From Macrostomum hystrix (taxonomy: Eukaryota; Animalia; Platyhelminthes): DNA of 64,000 nucleotides. Each line of letters starts with the position of its first letter. Within the stretch, counting starts at the first letter, position 1. The DNA is taken from positions 6,386,001 to 6,450,000 of the forward strand of contig CATNEN010000029.1 of assembly GCA_950097015.1 (NCBI GenBank). Direction: 5' to 3'. Below the pieces are notes generated by a model. That model saw only the letters and a list, made by a program, of their open reading frames with translations, had not been told where the DNA came from and did no database searches. Below, in pieces: positions 36,930 to 48,503 of this stretch. The position numbers were made by a program, and so were the translations under genes.

Positions 36930-37988
36930 ATGTCCGACCAGGAGGGTGAGGTGGTGGAAGTGGTTGGAGTCAACCGCCCACCCAGAGGCCGCGCCGCAGC
37001 TGCGGCGCGCGCCGAACCCCCAGCGGCTGCTGCAGCACAGCAAGCCGACCCCGTGGAGCGCCTGGCGCTGCTTTTAGAGCGGCTAGAGGTGCGACGACCC
37101 CGGAACCACCGGGTCAAAGTTGCTATTGAACCCCTCGAATCCCGAAAGGGTTCCTTCCCCCTCTGGCTTCGCCGATTTAACCTGAAGCTGGAGGCGGAGG
37201 GTGTCGAATCCGAGGAGGAGAAAATCCTCACCCTCCTCGCTCACCTGAGTGGCGAGCCCCTCACCGAAGCGCTAGGGTTGCCCCGCCGGGTGACCTACCT
37301 TAGATTCGTGCAGGATCTGACCGAGGCCCTTAGTGGCGCCTGCACCCCCTACGCCCGGCTGCTGAGCGGGCGTAATTTGAAGCAAGGACGGGACGAGACG
37401 TACCCCGCCTTCGCCGATAGACTCAGAACAGCGGCCCTGCAGGCCACCCCCAACGGCCACGGTGTGCACTTCGAGCGCGCCTTGCTGGCCTCATTTATGG
37501 AGGGGATAGTGGCCCCACCCGAGGTGTTGGCACCCATCATGCGGATGGAATTTGCCACGGCTGAGGCCGCCGCCGCCGAGCTGCGTGCTGCCACGCAGGC
37601 GCATGAAATGGCGGTGGAGCGGGACCCTCGCCGGCGAGTGCGCCAAATCAGGACAGGTTTGGATGACGAACCGGACCAGCCAGAGCCGCAGCACGGGCTG
37701 CTGGCAGAATTAACCAAGGTGACCCAGCAGCTAGCCGAGATTTCTCAGCAGCTGCGGGAAGCCAAGCCCAACTCCATCCCCCCTCTCTGCCCACACCCAA
37801 ATGTGCATCAGTGGCACCCGAAGCGTGTAGAACACGGGGCTGCTGGCGGAGCGAATCGTGAGGTGGCGAAGGGAAATGGGAACGGGGCCGCCAATTGGAG
37901 GCAGTCCCACGGCCCCGAGACCCAGCCCGCAGCTCGACAGTCGGAGCGGCGGCAGCCGCCGCCTCCGACCTCCGAGAAGTCCGAGTGA
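36930..37988 (+). CDS. gag: Gag (capsid-like) protein, 352 aa
   Basis: Pattern FPLWLRRF..EEKILTLLAHLSGE..LKQGRDETYPAFADRLRTAA..FMEGI is typical of invertebrate Ty3/gypsy Gag. Position is downstream of the PBS. No CCHC knuckle. Confidence 0.82.
   Translation: MSDQEGEVVEVVGVNRPPRGRAAAAARAEPPAAAAAQQADPVERLALLLERLEVRRPRNHRVKVAIEPLESRKGSFPLWLRRFNLKLEAEGVESEEEKILTLLAHLSGEPLTEALGLPRRVTYLRFVQDLTEALSGACTPYARLLSGRNLKQGRDETYPAFADRLRTAALQATPNGHGVHFERALLASFMEGIVAPPEVLAPIMRMEFATAEAAAAELRAATQAHEMAVERDPRRRVRQIRTGLDDEPDQPEPQHGLLAELTKVTQQLAEISQQLREAKPNSIPPLCPHPNVHQWHPKRVEHGAAGGANREVAKGNGNGAANWRQSHGPETQPAARQSERRQPPPPTSEKSE
37871..37917 (+). promoter_or_regulatory. Candidate -1 programmed ribosomal frameshift signal
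   Basis: In-phase slippery heptamer G_GGA_AAT (37871-37877), a 5-nt spacer, and an 8-bp stem CGGGGCCG/CGGCCCCG (37883-37890/37910-37917). Confidence 0.75.
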
Positions 37989-38419
37989 ATGCACTCGGCC
38001 GAGTCCCCACCCGAGTGCGAACCCGCCCAAATCGCTCTGAGCAGCTTAGTGAGGTGTGGGTCGCCTTGGAAGTGGGAGGGACACCCCTAGACCTCCTCAT
38101 CGACACAGGGTCTATGGTAAATGTGCTCCCGGACTCGTTGTCATCAATCTTTCAACACTACCCATTCGAACCCCCGCAATTTTCTCTTTTTGCTTATAAT
38201 GGAACACCCATTGTTGCACAGGCGCAGGTCAGGGTCAAATTACAGGTTGGCACCGAAGCGCTGGACACCGTGTTCTTAGTGGTTGAGGGCGACTGCTCTC
38301 CCCTGCTCGGTGCCTCCTGGTTGGCTCATCATCATGCCATCGTTGACTTTGACTCGCGCCACTTAATCATATATCGTCAATTTCTCCCCTTTTCACTCAG
38401 GCGGAAGGCTAAATTTTAA
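37877..38419 (+). CDS. Retroviral-type aspartic protease, in the -1 frame relative to gag
   Basis: LDLLIDTGSMVNVLP (catalytic DTG) and the C-terminal PLLGASWL motif (LLG.DWL-like). The ORF stops at 38419. Confidence 0.88.
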   Translation, partial: WERGRQLEAVPRPRDPARSSTVGAAAAAASDLREVRVNALGRVPTRVRTRPNRSEQLSEVWVALEVGGTPLDLLIDTGSMVNVLPDSLSSIFQHYPFEPPQFSLFAYNGTPIVAQAQVRVKLQVGTEALDTVFLVVEGDCSPLLGASWLAHHHAIVDFDSRHLIIYRQFLPFSLRRKAKF

Positions 38420-41136
38420 ATGAGGGGCACCGTGACCTAGGGTCAATCACCATTTTCTTTCCTCGCCCACCCCACCCCCTCCTCTGGTCGTCGACTTATT
38501 TAAGTAAGGGCTGGGAAAGCCAAGAGGATCCCAGGACAGGAAGAGTTGGAGCACCAGCTGGTCATGCGCCGGATCGGGATGCCAGAGATCACCCTGCGGT
38601 CAGCGGCAGACCCGGATTGGCGTGAGTGGCTCCACGGACATCGCATCGTCGAAGAGCCACCGCCCGGGGACAGCACGCTCGGCCGCATGGTGAGAGAGAT
38701 GGAAGGCGAAGAAGCTAGCGAGGGACCGGTGGAAAGTACGCCCATCAAGGAGGCGGCCGAAGAATAGGAAAGCGCAAGGTAGGGTCAACAGAGGTAGTGA
38801 CCGTAGAATAGTAGGAACAGGACCACCATCTGTTAGGCCCCTGTCCCCTGTTCCCCCTTTGTCCCCTTCCTTTTTCCTCTCCCCTTTAATAATAATGCGC
38901 ACTCTGCACTTTTCGCTCCTTTTCTCCTATTGTGCATGTTTTCCCTTTTCATCTAAAGCCGCCTTGGCACAAAAATCTCACACAAAAAAAATTCTTATAA
39001 TTTTAGCCAAAACCACAAAAATACACATAGTGGGGTGAAATTCCCCTGATACTTTTTTTACATAAGATGCTTATCTAATCGTAGCAAACTAGGGTATGCA
39101 CCTTCTTTTCTTAAAGAGCATTTTACTTTAATCGCACCACATCATGCATGGCACCTCTGCCTTATCTTGTTCATGTTGGTGGGTCTGTGGGAGTTCAATT
39201 TAGGACAACTTCTAATTTAGGAGGGACACCAACCCGCTAAAGTGAGCGGGGTGGTATGCTTTGGGAAATTCTATGCTTTCTTTAAGGGTGGGAAGGCGGT
39301 TCAAATCAAAAAAGGCCATCTCGGCGCCAAAACCTCTTAAAAACTTATATAAACTAATCAAAATCCAAAAACATATTTAGTGGGGTGAAATTCCCCTTCG
39401 TAAGAATTTTCGCATGAAACATTGTTGTATTAACTGCCGCAAACTAGGGTTCGCACCTACTTTTCGCAAACTTGCTTATCTTACATGTTCTCTATGCTTG
39501 GTTTCGGGAGTTTAGCTATACCGGCTTCTATTTAGGGGGTATACCAACCCGCTAAAGTGAGCGGGGTGGTATGTTTCGGGAATTTTCTTCTTAATGTTTG
39601 TTTAAAGAGTGGGCGGTCGTAAATCAAGAGGCCGGTAGGATCAGGTATTCAAACTCTGGGAGGGAAAACAATCTGGCTGTTTCAATGAACGACAGATTTT
39701 AAAAATGATAACTTTTCCTTTGTTAGGATTAGAGGGGTCAGAAAAAAAAACATTATTTGGGAGCCAGAAGTTAGCAGCTGGGCATTCAAATCTAGGTACC
39801 TGGAGGGGTAGAATAGTAATAAATCGCATGAATTAAGGTTCCAGACGTTTCAAAACTCATTGACAGTCTATCAGTTAGTTTTTTTGGTTACTAGGCGGTT
39901 GTAAAACTTGAGCAGTAATGTTCATCTAGGAATAGAGCGGGTAATTGCATTTCAAATAACTCACAATGTAATCTATCTATATTTGGGGGAGGGTTTGTCA
40001 CAGTTCGGGTCGGGGTCAATTCCAAATCAGTGGGACATTTCAGAGTGCCGTGGGTAAAAAGGGAATTCGATTTATCCTAACTATTATGACATAACCCTCG
40101 CAATTATCCTTAATAACCGGCCTTGGGGGGCCGAGTAGAAGCCAAATCACTCACCTCTCTCCTTCAGGCAGTTGCTCGGCCATGATCGCGGGTAGCAGTC
40201 GACAAAAATAATAATGGCAGGATAAATCCAGGAAGTTCGCTGGCAGAGATTAGCTTAGTTGATGTTTTAGATAATGTGTCGAAATAGGTTTAGAGATAAC
40301 AGGCTTGGAGTCAATGGGGCGTCAAGTGTTTGCTTTTATAGGGCTAATTTAGGGAGACGTGGCGGTCTAACCGCCAGCCAATGGGAGCAAAGTGGGAATT
40401 CCGGGCAGAACCAGTTTAGGGGGCTCATGGTAACAGTTTAGTTGTTGGGGCCCTGACCTTTTCGGTGAGGAGACACCTCGGCCGGCAACAGCATCACAAG
40501 CGGCCTGAGCAGCGGTTTCCCCAGCTGCGACCAGCTGCAGCGCCGATTGGGCCGCGCGCAACGGCTAGGCAACCGGCCCGACGAGAATTTTCGGGCCCGG
40601 CCAGCTGAAAACACCTGGGCGCGCGGCGAATCAGAGGCTACCACGGCCCGGCAACGGAATCGGGAAGGCGCGAACGGACCAACCAACCCGGAGCCACCTG
40701 GGGAAGAGCACGGCCGGACCCTCGGACTTAAGGAGAAAACGGCCGGAGCCTCCCGGGATTGCGCAACCGAGACCAAGCCGGGCAGGGAAAGACGGGGACA
40801 GCTGCAGCCACCTGGAGGAGAAGGCGAGCCGGGACACGGCACCCCTGGGCAACGAGAACAACCTTAACTCAGCCGGAATGCGCACCCACCTCCCCTCAGG
40901 ACTCTATCCCTTAGTCGCTAGGGGCGCCGACCTTTACACTCTCGCACACAATCTATTTATAGCAGTATTGTTACGTACGATGACCTAGGATTTCTTCTCT
41001 AGCGGTTTTTCTTCTTAGGATTCTTTACGGTATGCAGTAGGGTAATGTAAGTTTTTTTGCCCCCTCGATTCGCGGGACACCCCACTACTGACAGTAAGCA
41101 CGTAAGTGTCTTACGTGAAAGTGAGCGAAGGTGGAG

Positions 41137-43479
41137 TGATGTGGAGTGTACTTCGGAATCGAGTGGGGTTGTGAGCCAGCCTAATTTTTTCCAATTTTTA
41201 GCAAGTCAATAATCGCGACCCACATAGCAGCTGGCCGCAGAACACTATCATTAATCTTAGGGCCAGACATTGGGCGGAGGTGAATTAAGTAGCCGCCGAT
41301 TCCCTTTGTCTCGGATCTGTCTAGTCCCCTGTAGGAGTGACTGATCGCGGAAATAGCAATACTGTATGGACTAGTTTAGGTTATAATTCCCCTCCAAACC
41401 GCGATCAGATTGTCGGGATCACTCATGCGTTTAGAGTGAGCTTTAATTCTTCATGTCCCTTTTCTTTACTGTAACCCGAGCCGAAGCTCGATTATGACCT
41501 TTCCCCCTTTAGATACATGTAACGACACTATAGGCAGGTCGGCGCCTGCGCTTCCCATATCCCGGCGGGATCACAATCATTGGCCGACTGCCGGCAGACG
41601 CTCCTAGTGGGGCATCTGGCGATTCTCGCCGCCGCTTCAGTGGGCAATTGGGGTGGCATTATGCCGACCCGATTCCTCGCTGACAGGCCGGCGAGCATGT
41701 GGGTTATTTTGATGAATGCGAGGTTGGCGGAGCTGCAGGACTATTTAAGAGAGCGCGCTGCGCTGCCCCTAGGGGACCACCCTTCGGACCTACCTTCCCC
41801 CGAACCTACTTTTCCGCCCCTACAACCTTTTTCCCTTGTCCGGTCCCGGAACTCGGTCCGTGGACTCTCCCCCTTCTAGGCTAGCACCTAGTCCCTGAGC
41901 CTAAGGCTCCAGATCATAGCAGCAGGCAACTACCTGCTAGTGCCCTTAAGCGCAAGCCACCTCTTTAGGTGCGCTCCAAATTGAGCCTTGAGCTCCCTGC
42001 AGTCTGGCCCCTTGCCAACTGTACTTAGAAATTCCTCACCTTTTCTCCTGTTCATTTGCATTCCCCCGCGAGATCGACGGCCTGCAGCCTGTCAACCAGC
42101 GTATTCAGATAAGTAACCCGCGCAGCGGACTGTTATTGCTATCCCTAAGGGATTTACTACTTAGCTAGTGGGCAATAAGGGCGAGGGCAGGGATTTGTTT
42201 TTAGCCTAATAAACCATTTATTATTTGACTGCCACTTTTAATAACTTAGGCCAATTTTATAACAACTAAACCTTTCCTTATCATGCTATTCTCTTCTGTT
42301 TATTTTATCGCTAGGCAGCCCTCGGTCATGAGTGGCTAACTCATTAGGGGGTGGGCTCTGGCGATGCCTAGCTGAAAGCTGCGGCAGGAGGACAACTGTG
42401 AGCGCGCATGAGAGTAATATGGAGCTAGGGATTTGCGAGCTAAATGCGGGATGTAGCGTGTGCACTTCTGCCTACGAGGTGGGGGATTCCTTGGCCGGCT
42501 TTCCTCACTCTCTCGGCGGGTTCCAGTGTATGCGTCAAGTTCCTTTGCCAATTTGAATTCTCCCTCTTTTCCCCGCCTTTCGCAACCGCGGCCATGGAAG
42601 CGAGAGGCGTGATCTAATAATTTCCTGCTTGCATAATCACTCAGCCAGTGTTCAGCTTAATCTCTCCTGCCTCTGTTCTCCTCAACTCACACAGAATCGG
42701 CTTGCTAGTTATCTAATGAATAGGCTGCAGTCTAATGTACGGAATGTGTCTAATGTCTCATGAGTAGGATTCTGGCTATGGATTTCTCATTCGGGTTCGG
42801 AGTACCACCTTTCTAGACCACTGTAGCGCAGTTTCAGGAATCCCCTTGTGAGGCGTGACTCGATCCATTCTGGGGTTCTCACCCTAGTCTAAAACGGAAG
42901 TTACAGAATGCTCTATTTTTCGGCTTGTCTAAGATCTGTGTGACAAACTGGGAGCTGCGAGCTCCGGGGACCCAAGTTCCCAAATGTCTGCGGTGGCCAC
43001 GTAGGCGCATTGGGTGGTGGCGCTACCTTCGATCATTATCCGCTTTGCCGATAGCCTTTCCGCATTTCTAAGACAAGAGCCTAGGCCGAGTCGACCACTG
43101 CTACCAAAGTTAGGAGTCAGTTACGAACATGCTACTGATGACAGTAGGCTATCTAGCCCTGTCCTATTCGCTTGCGGGTAGTCCGACATCTATTTAGACT
43201 TTTAGCCGGTTTCGAGCACTGCTTGGGGTGGGCACGGCAGTCATGCCTGTGGCCCATGGGTTGGGTGGGACTGGCCAGCCTGAGGCCAATAGGACCACTC
43301 ACTTGCATCCTTTGTACCGCCTCATCTCTCCCTTCATCTCTCCCTTCATCCCTCCCTTCGTCATCCCTCTCTGCGACAACTCGCGGCAGCAGCGATCGAC
43401 CTCCGACTCTATCGTCGTTTTCCACACTCCTATCTTTCATGAGGGCGGTCATCGGCTAGCAAAGACCCGCACTATTTCA
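41137..43479 (+). repeat. 3' LTR (2343 bp), preceded by an imperfect polypurine tract (41117-41136)
   Basis: Direct repeat of 33282-35624. GAAAGTGAGCGAAGGTGGAG lies immediately upstream. Confidence 0.95.
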
Positions 43480-46400
43480 GCATGAATTTTATAACCCGTC
43501 GATGCGGCAGAACCTTTTAGGTGTTTCATTCTCTACCTAATCTGCCTCGTTTGCGTGTCTCCATGGTGGTATTGCAAGCGCTGTTCCAATGCTGCTTTGA
43601 TGCACTAACCTTTAATTCAAAGGAGAATTCCATTCCACATGGCTGCCATTGCGGACTGGCAAATCTCGAGACGAGGCATACTGATAGTTCCAGGTTTCGG
43701 ACTTTCCTGAAACATTTGTTGTAAGCAATTCATGTTACAGCTAAAGGTAATGCAACGATAGCACACTTCGGTAGGAAGTTGGCCTAGCTGCAGCTGCATT
43801 GGATCCAGGAAAAACCACAGCATGCGAATAAGTGCATCCAACAGCAGAAGAAGGCCAACTACAGACAGCAGGTGCCAGTCTTTAATTGCCTGAAAATCAT
43901 TTTTAGGCGTGCTCTTTGCATACGGGCGGATTAAAAAAACTATAACTCTAGAAGACAAAAAATATATTTACCTGAAAGGGTGTCGAAAACTCCGTACATT
44001 AAACCTTTATTTGAAAGTCTTTTAACACTCAACGCCAAGCCACCTGCAGTTAACAGTGTGATCCGTACTATGAGGCACAGACCGCATCTAGACACCTACC
44101 TTTTGTGTACTCTAAAGCAAGTTAAAATATCAATTAGTTACTCTACTAATTAAAAAGATCTAACTCGTATTTAATTTTTGCGCCATTCACTAAGCTGACT
44201 AAGCATGGGATTAAAACATCATTCAGAAATTTACATTTTCACCAAAATTTTCTCACCACCCGCTTGAGCCGCTTGTTGGTGAAGATGACGTGAACCCGCC
44301 AGGTCTTCACGAACATGGCCCCGAATGCGCACGAGTATCCAGCAGCGAGGCAGCAGGTCTGCGTCCAGCACAGAGACACTCCAGTGTAGGTGCCTCCGTT
44401 CAGAGCCATCGCGATGCAGCTGCAGTATCCGAGCACGCAGCCGAGAGCGATCACGAGGTTCACGTTCGGAGAGCTCAGTTTGATCAGCTTCAGGTTTCGG
44501 TACTTCAGGTTGACGCACACCGACACGACGGCGAGTCCGATTCCCACGGCAGACAGGACGAGACAGACGGTGATGGCCGGCTGGCTGACTGTGACTCGCT
44601 CGTTCAGCACCACCGGAGAGTCGATTGGAGGCTTCTCACCTGCGAACTGCAGAGTCCGCTGCCACACCGTGATGTTTGTGGCAGTGTCGAAGTTCGCCAC
44701 TGGGACGCCCACATTGTCTGTGCATGAGTGAAAGATTTGAGTGAAAACCCTCGGGACGCGAAATGAGCCGAATCATGGCAGAAAAAGTAATGGGCTCATT
44801 TAATTTCGGATGCTGCGTCTGCTTTCGAGTACGTTCATCGTTCGTCTTTTGAGGTTTTTTATCAACAGGAAAACCTTGAAGAATAGAAACCACGATAGAA
44901 ACGAGCATAAACACGAAAGATAAAAGCCAAGAGGTGAAAGGTGAGGGTTTCAGTTGTCCCCAAATTCGACCTTCTCGGTTTGTGAAACTGTACTAGCAAG
45001 CTGTTCTCACCTCAACGCCGTTGAAGGCCTGACTGCGGATATTTTTCATAAAGGAGGCTTGTCTTAAAGGAGCTGTTGCCAAGATCCGGGATCGAACTGT
45101 ACGGGTATCGCTTTAGAGTGTCTTTGATGGCCAAGGCTGCCGTCATCAAAGTATCGAAAACCCGAGCAGCGAACTTGCTGTTGGCCGTGGTCAGCACACC
45201 GTACAGTGCCTCATAGGCAGCCTTGATGTCGCCCATTGTCTGGATTGTGACAAGCGTATTTGCGCTGCATGAAGGAAACTGGAACTGCTGATAGGTATAA
45301 AAACCGCATGCAGTATCGATATCTTCCACATGTTCGTCAATGATTCTGCCAAACTTAGACAACCCAAAGCATGTCCTCAGAGCCTTCTACATCGTCTTCA
45401 AGAAGCTGAGCAGCTCGTGAAAATTTCCTACTTTCAATATGGACGCACTAGACCAGTGCTGCTTGGCGGTGGATGGTAATTGGGACTCGCCATTGGGACT
45501 GCAACATATGAGGTAGTTTAGCAACTATTTCTACTCACTTTCATCGTTGAATGATGTCCCTGGGCGAACTGGTGAACAGGCCTTTGTACAGTATTGAAAT
45601 ATATCTTACAGCAATGATGCTTTCGAAGGCTTCACCAACCTGAAGGTTTACTTTCGGCAAATGAGACAGGACAGTGCGAGATCTGCGAGCCAATACTCCT
45701 TGATTTCTTCTGCGCAGATCGCTTCCAATCTAATTCAGGATAAAATAAGTAGAGCTCTACGTACAGGATAGATCTGGTCGGCCTCCGTGATCAGCAGACC
45801 AATCTTGCGCCAGTTGTGCTTCAATAGAATCTGCACAATCTCCTCGTTGTAGAGTCCATGAGTCATCAGCCGCCGGCTGTAGGTTGTGTACTGGGTCTTA
45901 TCCGACAACAACGGCGAAGCATTTGAGTAGGCTGGAACCCCATCGGGCATAAGGATTTCATTGGTAAACTCTGTGTGGCTCCATTCTTATCAAAAAATTT
46001 TAATGAAGTCCATCTATGTGCTTTTTGTCTCTTGGCCATCTGCCGCAATGGTAACAACTCACCATGGGCACGTAGTACAACTTGCAAACTTCGGCCACCA
46101 CCTGAGACTGCTGAGAGAACGTTATGCCAAGAATCATCGCTTTATTCGATAAATAAAGCCATCGATAGCCATCGTAGCCATCGATAAACACATTAGAAGC
46201 AGTGCCCGTGTCTTGCTTAAAATTTTATAAATATTTCGACAAGTTGTTTCGTCAGAAACTTCTAATAGGAAACTTGATGACATAAAAAACCCAAAGACTT
46301 ACATCAATAGCGCAGTGGTGGTGAATGTGGAGCTTGAAGTCCGAGAACATGTCTGTCAGGTTGTTGATTAGCGGTAGTAAGGCTCGCATTGCGAGTTCAG

Positions 46401-46825
46401 GGAAATTTTGCCGTCCTGTGATTGGCGCCACGGTGCAGATGTGGAGCAATGTGACTTCAGTTCGGTTGTCAGTTGTCAGACGGGCAACAGGAGCAGCAGC
46501 CAGCTCCGAAAGATTCGCATGGCAAAAGTGAAATCGAACCGAAGAAAGTAACTGTGGTACTCTATTTAACAGTTTGTGCCAGGAGATAGATAAAGGCTAG
46601 CGCCTATTGGACTGGGTTTCCAAGCCAGTAATTTCACAAGACATTAAAAATGTGAAAAATGCATAAAAATTAAGTCCGGAGATGTTCCAACGCAACTTAT
46701 ATATTTTAAAAGCAATTGAGGCAGACCAAATACTTGCTTGCTCTATCTATGTCATCTCAATAACATACGAGCGTACGAGTGGTGGCCGAGTATATTGCAA
46801 GTGCTTTTGTAACATCCCTATTTCT

Positions 46826-48503
46826 GCAGTTTAGCAAGAATCTAGTGCAGTTCAGTAAGAATCTAATGCAGTTTAGCAAGAATCTAATGCAGTTTAGCAA
46901 GAATCTAGTGCAGTTTAGCAAGAATCTAATGCAGTTCAGTAAGAATCTAATGCAGTTTAGCAAGAATCTAGTGCAGTTTAGCAAGAATCTAGTGCAGTTC
47001 AGTAAGAATCTAATGCAGTTTAGCAAGAATCTAGTGCAGTTTAGCAAGAATCTAATGCAGCTTAGCAAGAATCTAGTGCAGTTTAGCAAGAATCTAGTGC
47101 AGTTCAGCAAGAATCTAATGCAGCTTAGCAAGAATCTAGTGCAGTTCAGCAAGAATCTAGTGCAGTTTAGCAAGAATCTAATGCAGCTTAGCAAGAATCT
47201 AGTGCAGTTCAGCAAGAATCTAATGCAGCTTAGCAAGAATCTAATGCAGTTCAGCAAGAATCTAATGCAGCTTAGCAAGAATCTAGTGCAGTTATGCAAG
47301 AATCTAATGCAGCTTAGCAAGAATCTAGTGCAGTTTAGCAAGAATCTAGTGCAGTTTAGCAAGAATCTAGTGCAGTTTAACAATAATCTAGTGCAGTTTA
47401 ACAAGAATCTAGTGCAGTTTAGCAAGAATCTAGTGCAGTTTAGCAAGAATCTAGTGCAGTTTAACAATAATCTAGTGCAGTTTAACAAGAATCTAGTGCA
47501 GTTTAGCAAGAATCTAATGCAGTTTAACAAGAATCTAATGCAGTTTATCAAGAATCTAGTGCAGTTCAGCAAGAATCTAGTGCAGTTTAGCAAGAATCTA
47601 GTGCAGTTTAGCAAGAATCTAGTGCAGTTTAGCAAGAATCTAGTGCAGTTTAGCAAGAATCTAGTGCAGTTCAGCAAGAATCTAATGCAGTTTAACAAGA
47701 ATCTAGTGCAGTTTAACAAGAATCTAGTGCAGTTCAGCAAGAATCTAGTGCAGTTTAGCAAGAATCTAATGCAGTTCAGCAAGAATCTAATGCAGTTTAG
47801 CAAGAATCTAGTGCAGTTTAGCAAGAATCTAGTGCAGTTTAGCAAGAATCTAGTGCAGTTTAGCAAGAATCTAGTGCATTTTAGCAAGAATCTAATGCAG
47901 TTTAGCAAGAATCTAGTGCAGTTTAGCAAGAATCTAGTGCAGTTTAGCAAGAATCTAATGCAGTTTAGCAAGAATCTAATGCAGTTTAGCAAGAATCTAA
48001 TGCAGTTCAGCAAGAATCTAATGCAGTTTAACAAGAATCTAATGCAGTTTAGCAAGAATCTAATGCAGTTTAGCAAGAATCTAATGCAGTTTAGCAAGAA
48101 TCTAATGCAGTTTAGCAAGAATCTAATGCAGTTTAGCAAGAATCTAATGCAGTTCAGCAAGAATCTAATGCAGTTTAGCAAGAATCTAATGCAGTTTAGC
48201 AAGAATCTAATGCAGTTTAGCAAGAATCTAATGCAGTTTAGCAAGAATCTAATGCAGTTTAGCAAGAATCTAGTGCAGTTTAGCAAGAATCTAATGCAGT
48301 TTAGCAAGAATCTAGTGCAGTTTAGCAAGAATCTAGTGCAGTTTAGCAAGAATCTAATGCAGTTTAGCAAGAATCTAGTGCAGTTTAGCAAGAATCTAAT
48401 GCAGTTTAGCAAGAATCTAGTGCAGTTTAGCAAGAATCTAGTGCAGTTTAGCAAGAATCTAATGCAGTTTAGCAAGAATCTAGTGCAGTTTAGCAAGAAT
48501 CTA
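46826..48503. repeat. Minisatellite, 21-bp unit (gcagtttagcaagaatctagt), about 80 copies
   Basis: Directly visible, with point variants (aat/agt, ttt/ttc/ctt). Confidence 0.97.

Larger units (their letters stand above)
33282..43479 (+). mobile_element. Ty3/gypsy-like LTR retroelement, 10198 bp, non-autonomous (gag + protease only)
   Basis: Direct repeats at 33282-35624 and 41137-43479 (TG..CA, offset 7855). TSD GCAT at 33278-33281 and 43480-43483. PBS, gag and aspartic protease ORFs are present. No RT, RNase H or integrase motifs are recognisable in the 5.5-kb internal part. Confidence 0.93.
31759..46520 (-). pseudogene. GABA-B-like receptor copy 2, pseudogene; recognisable exons 46303-46520, about 46066-46218, about 45765-45930, about 45539-45640, 45011-45239, 44257-44717, 43767-43889, 43610-43706, 32638-32876, 31759-31860
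   Basis: Lesions: a 7-bp duplication (gttgtca, 46465-46478) giving TGA at codon 15; TGA at the end of exon 4; loss of exon 5 and most of exon 6; +4 nt frameshift in exon 7; GGA>TGA at 43617-43619; a 10.2-kb LTR element in intron 11. Confidence 0.88.

Noticed and set aside
38410-38421. Second frameshift site after the protease (AAATTTTAAAT)
   Set aside because: The heptamers are not in the protease reading phase and no pol frame follows.
38495-38560. YLSKGWES as a chromodomain remnant
   Set aside because: Only a partial motif resemblance, without the rest of the chromodomain or an integrase.
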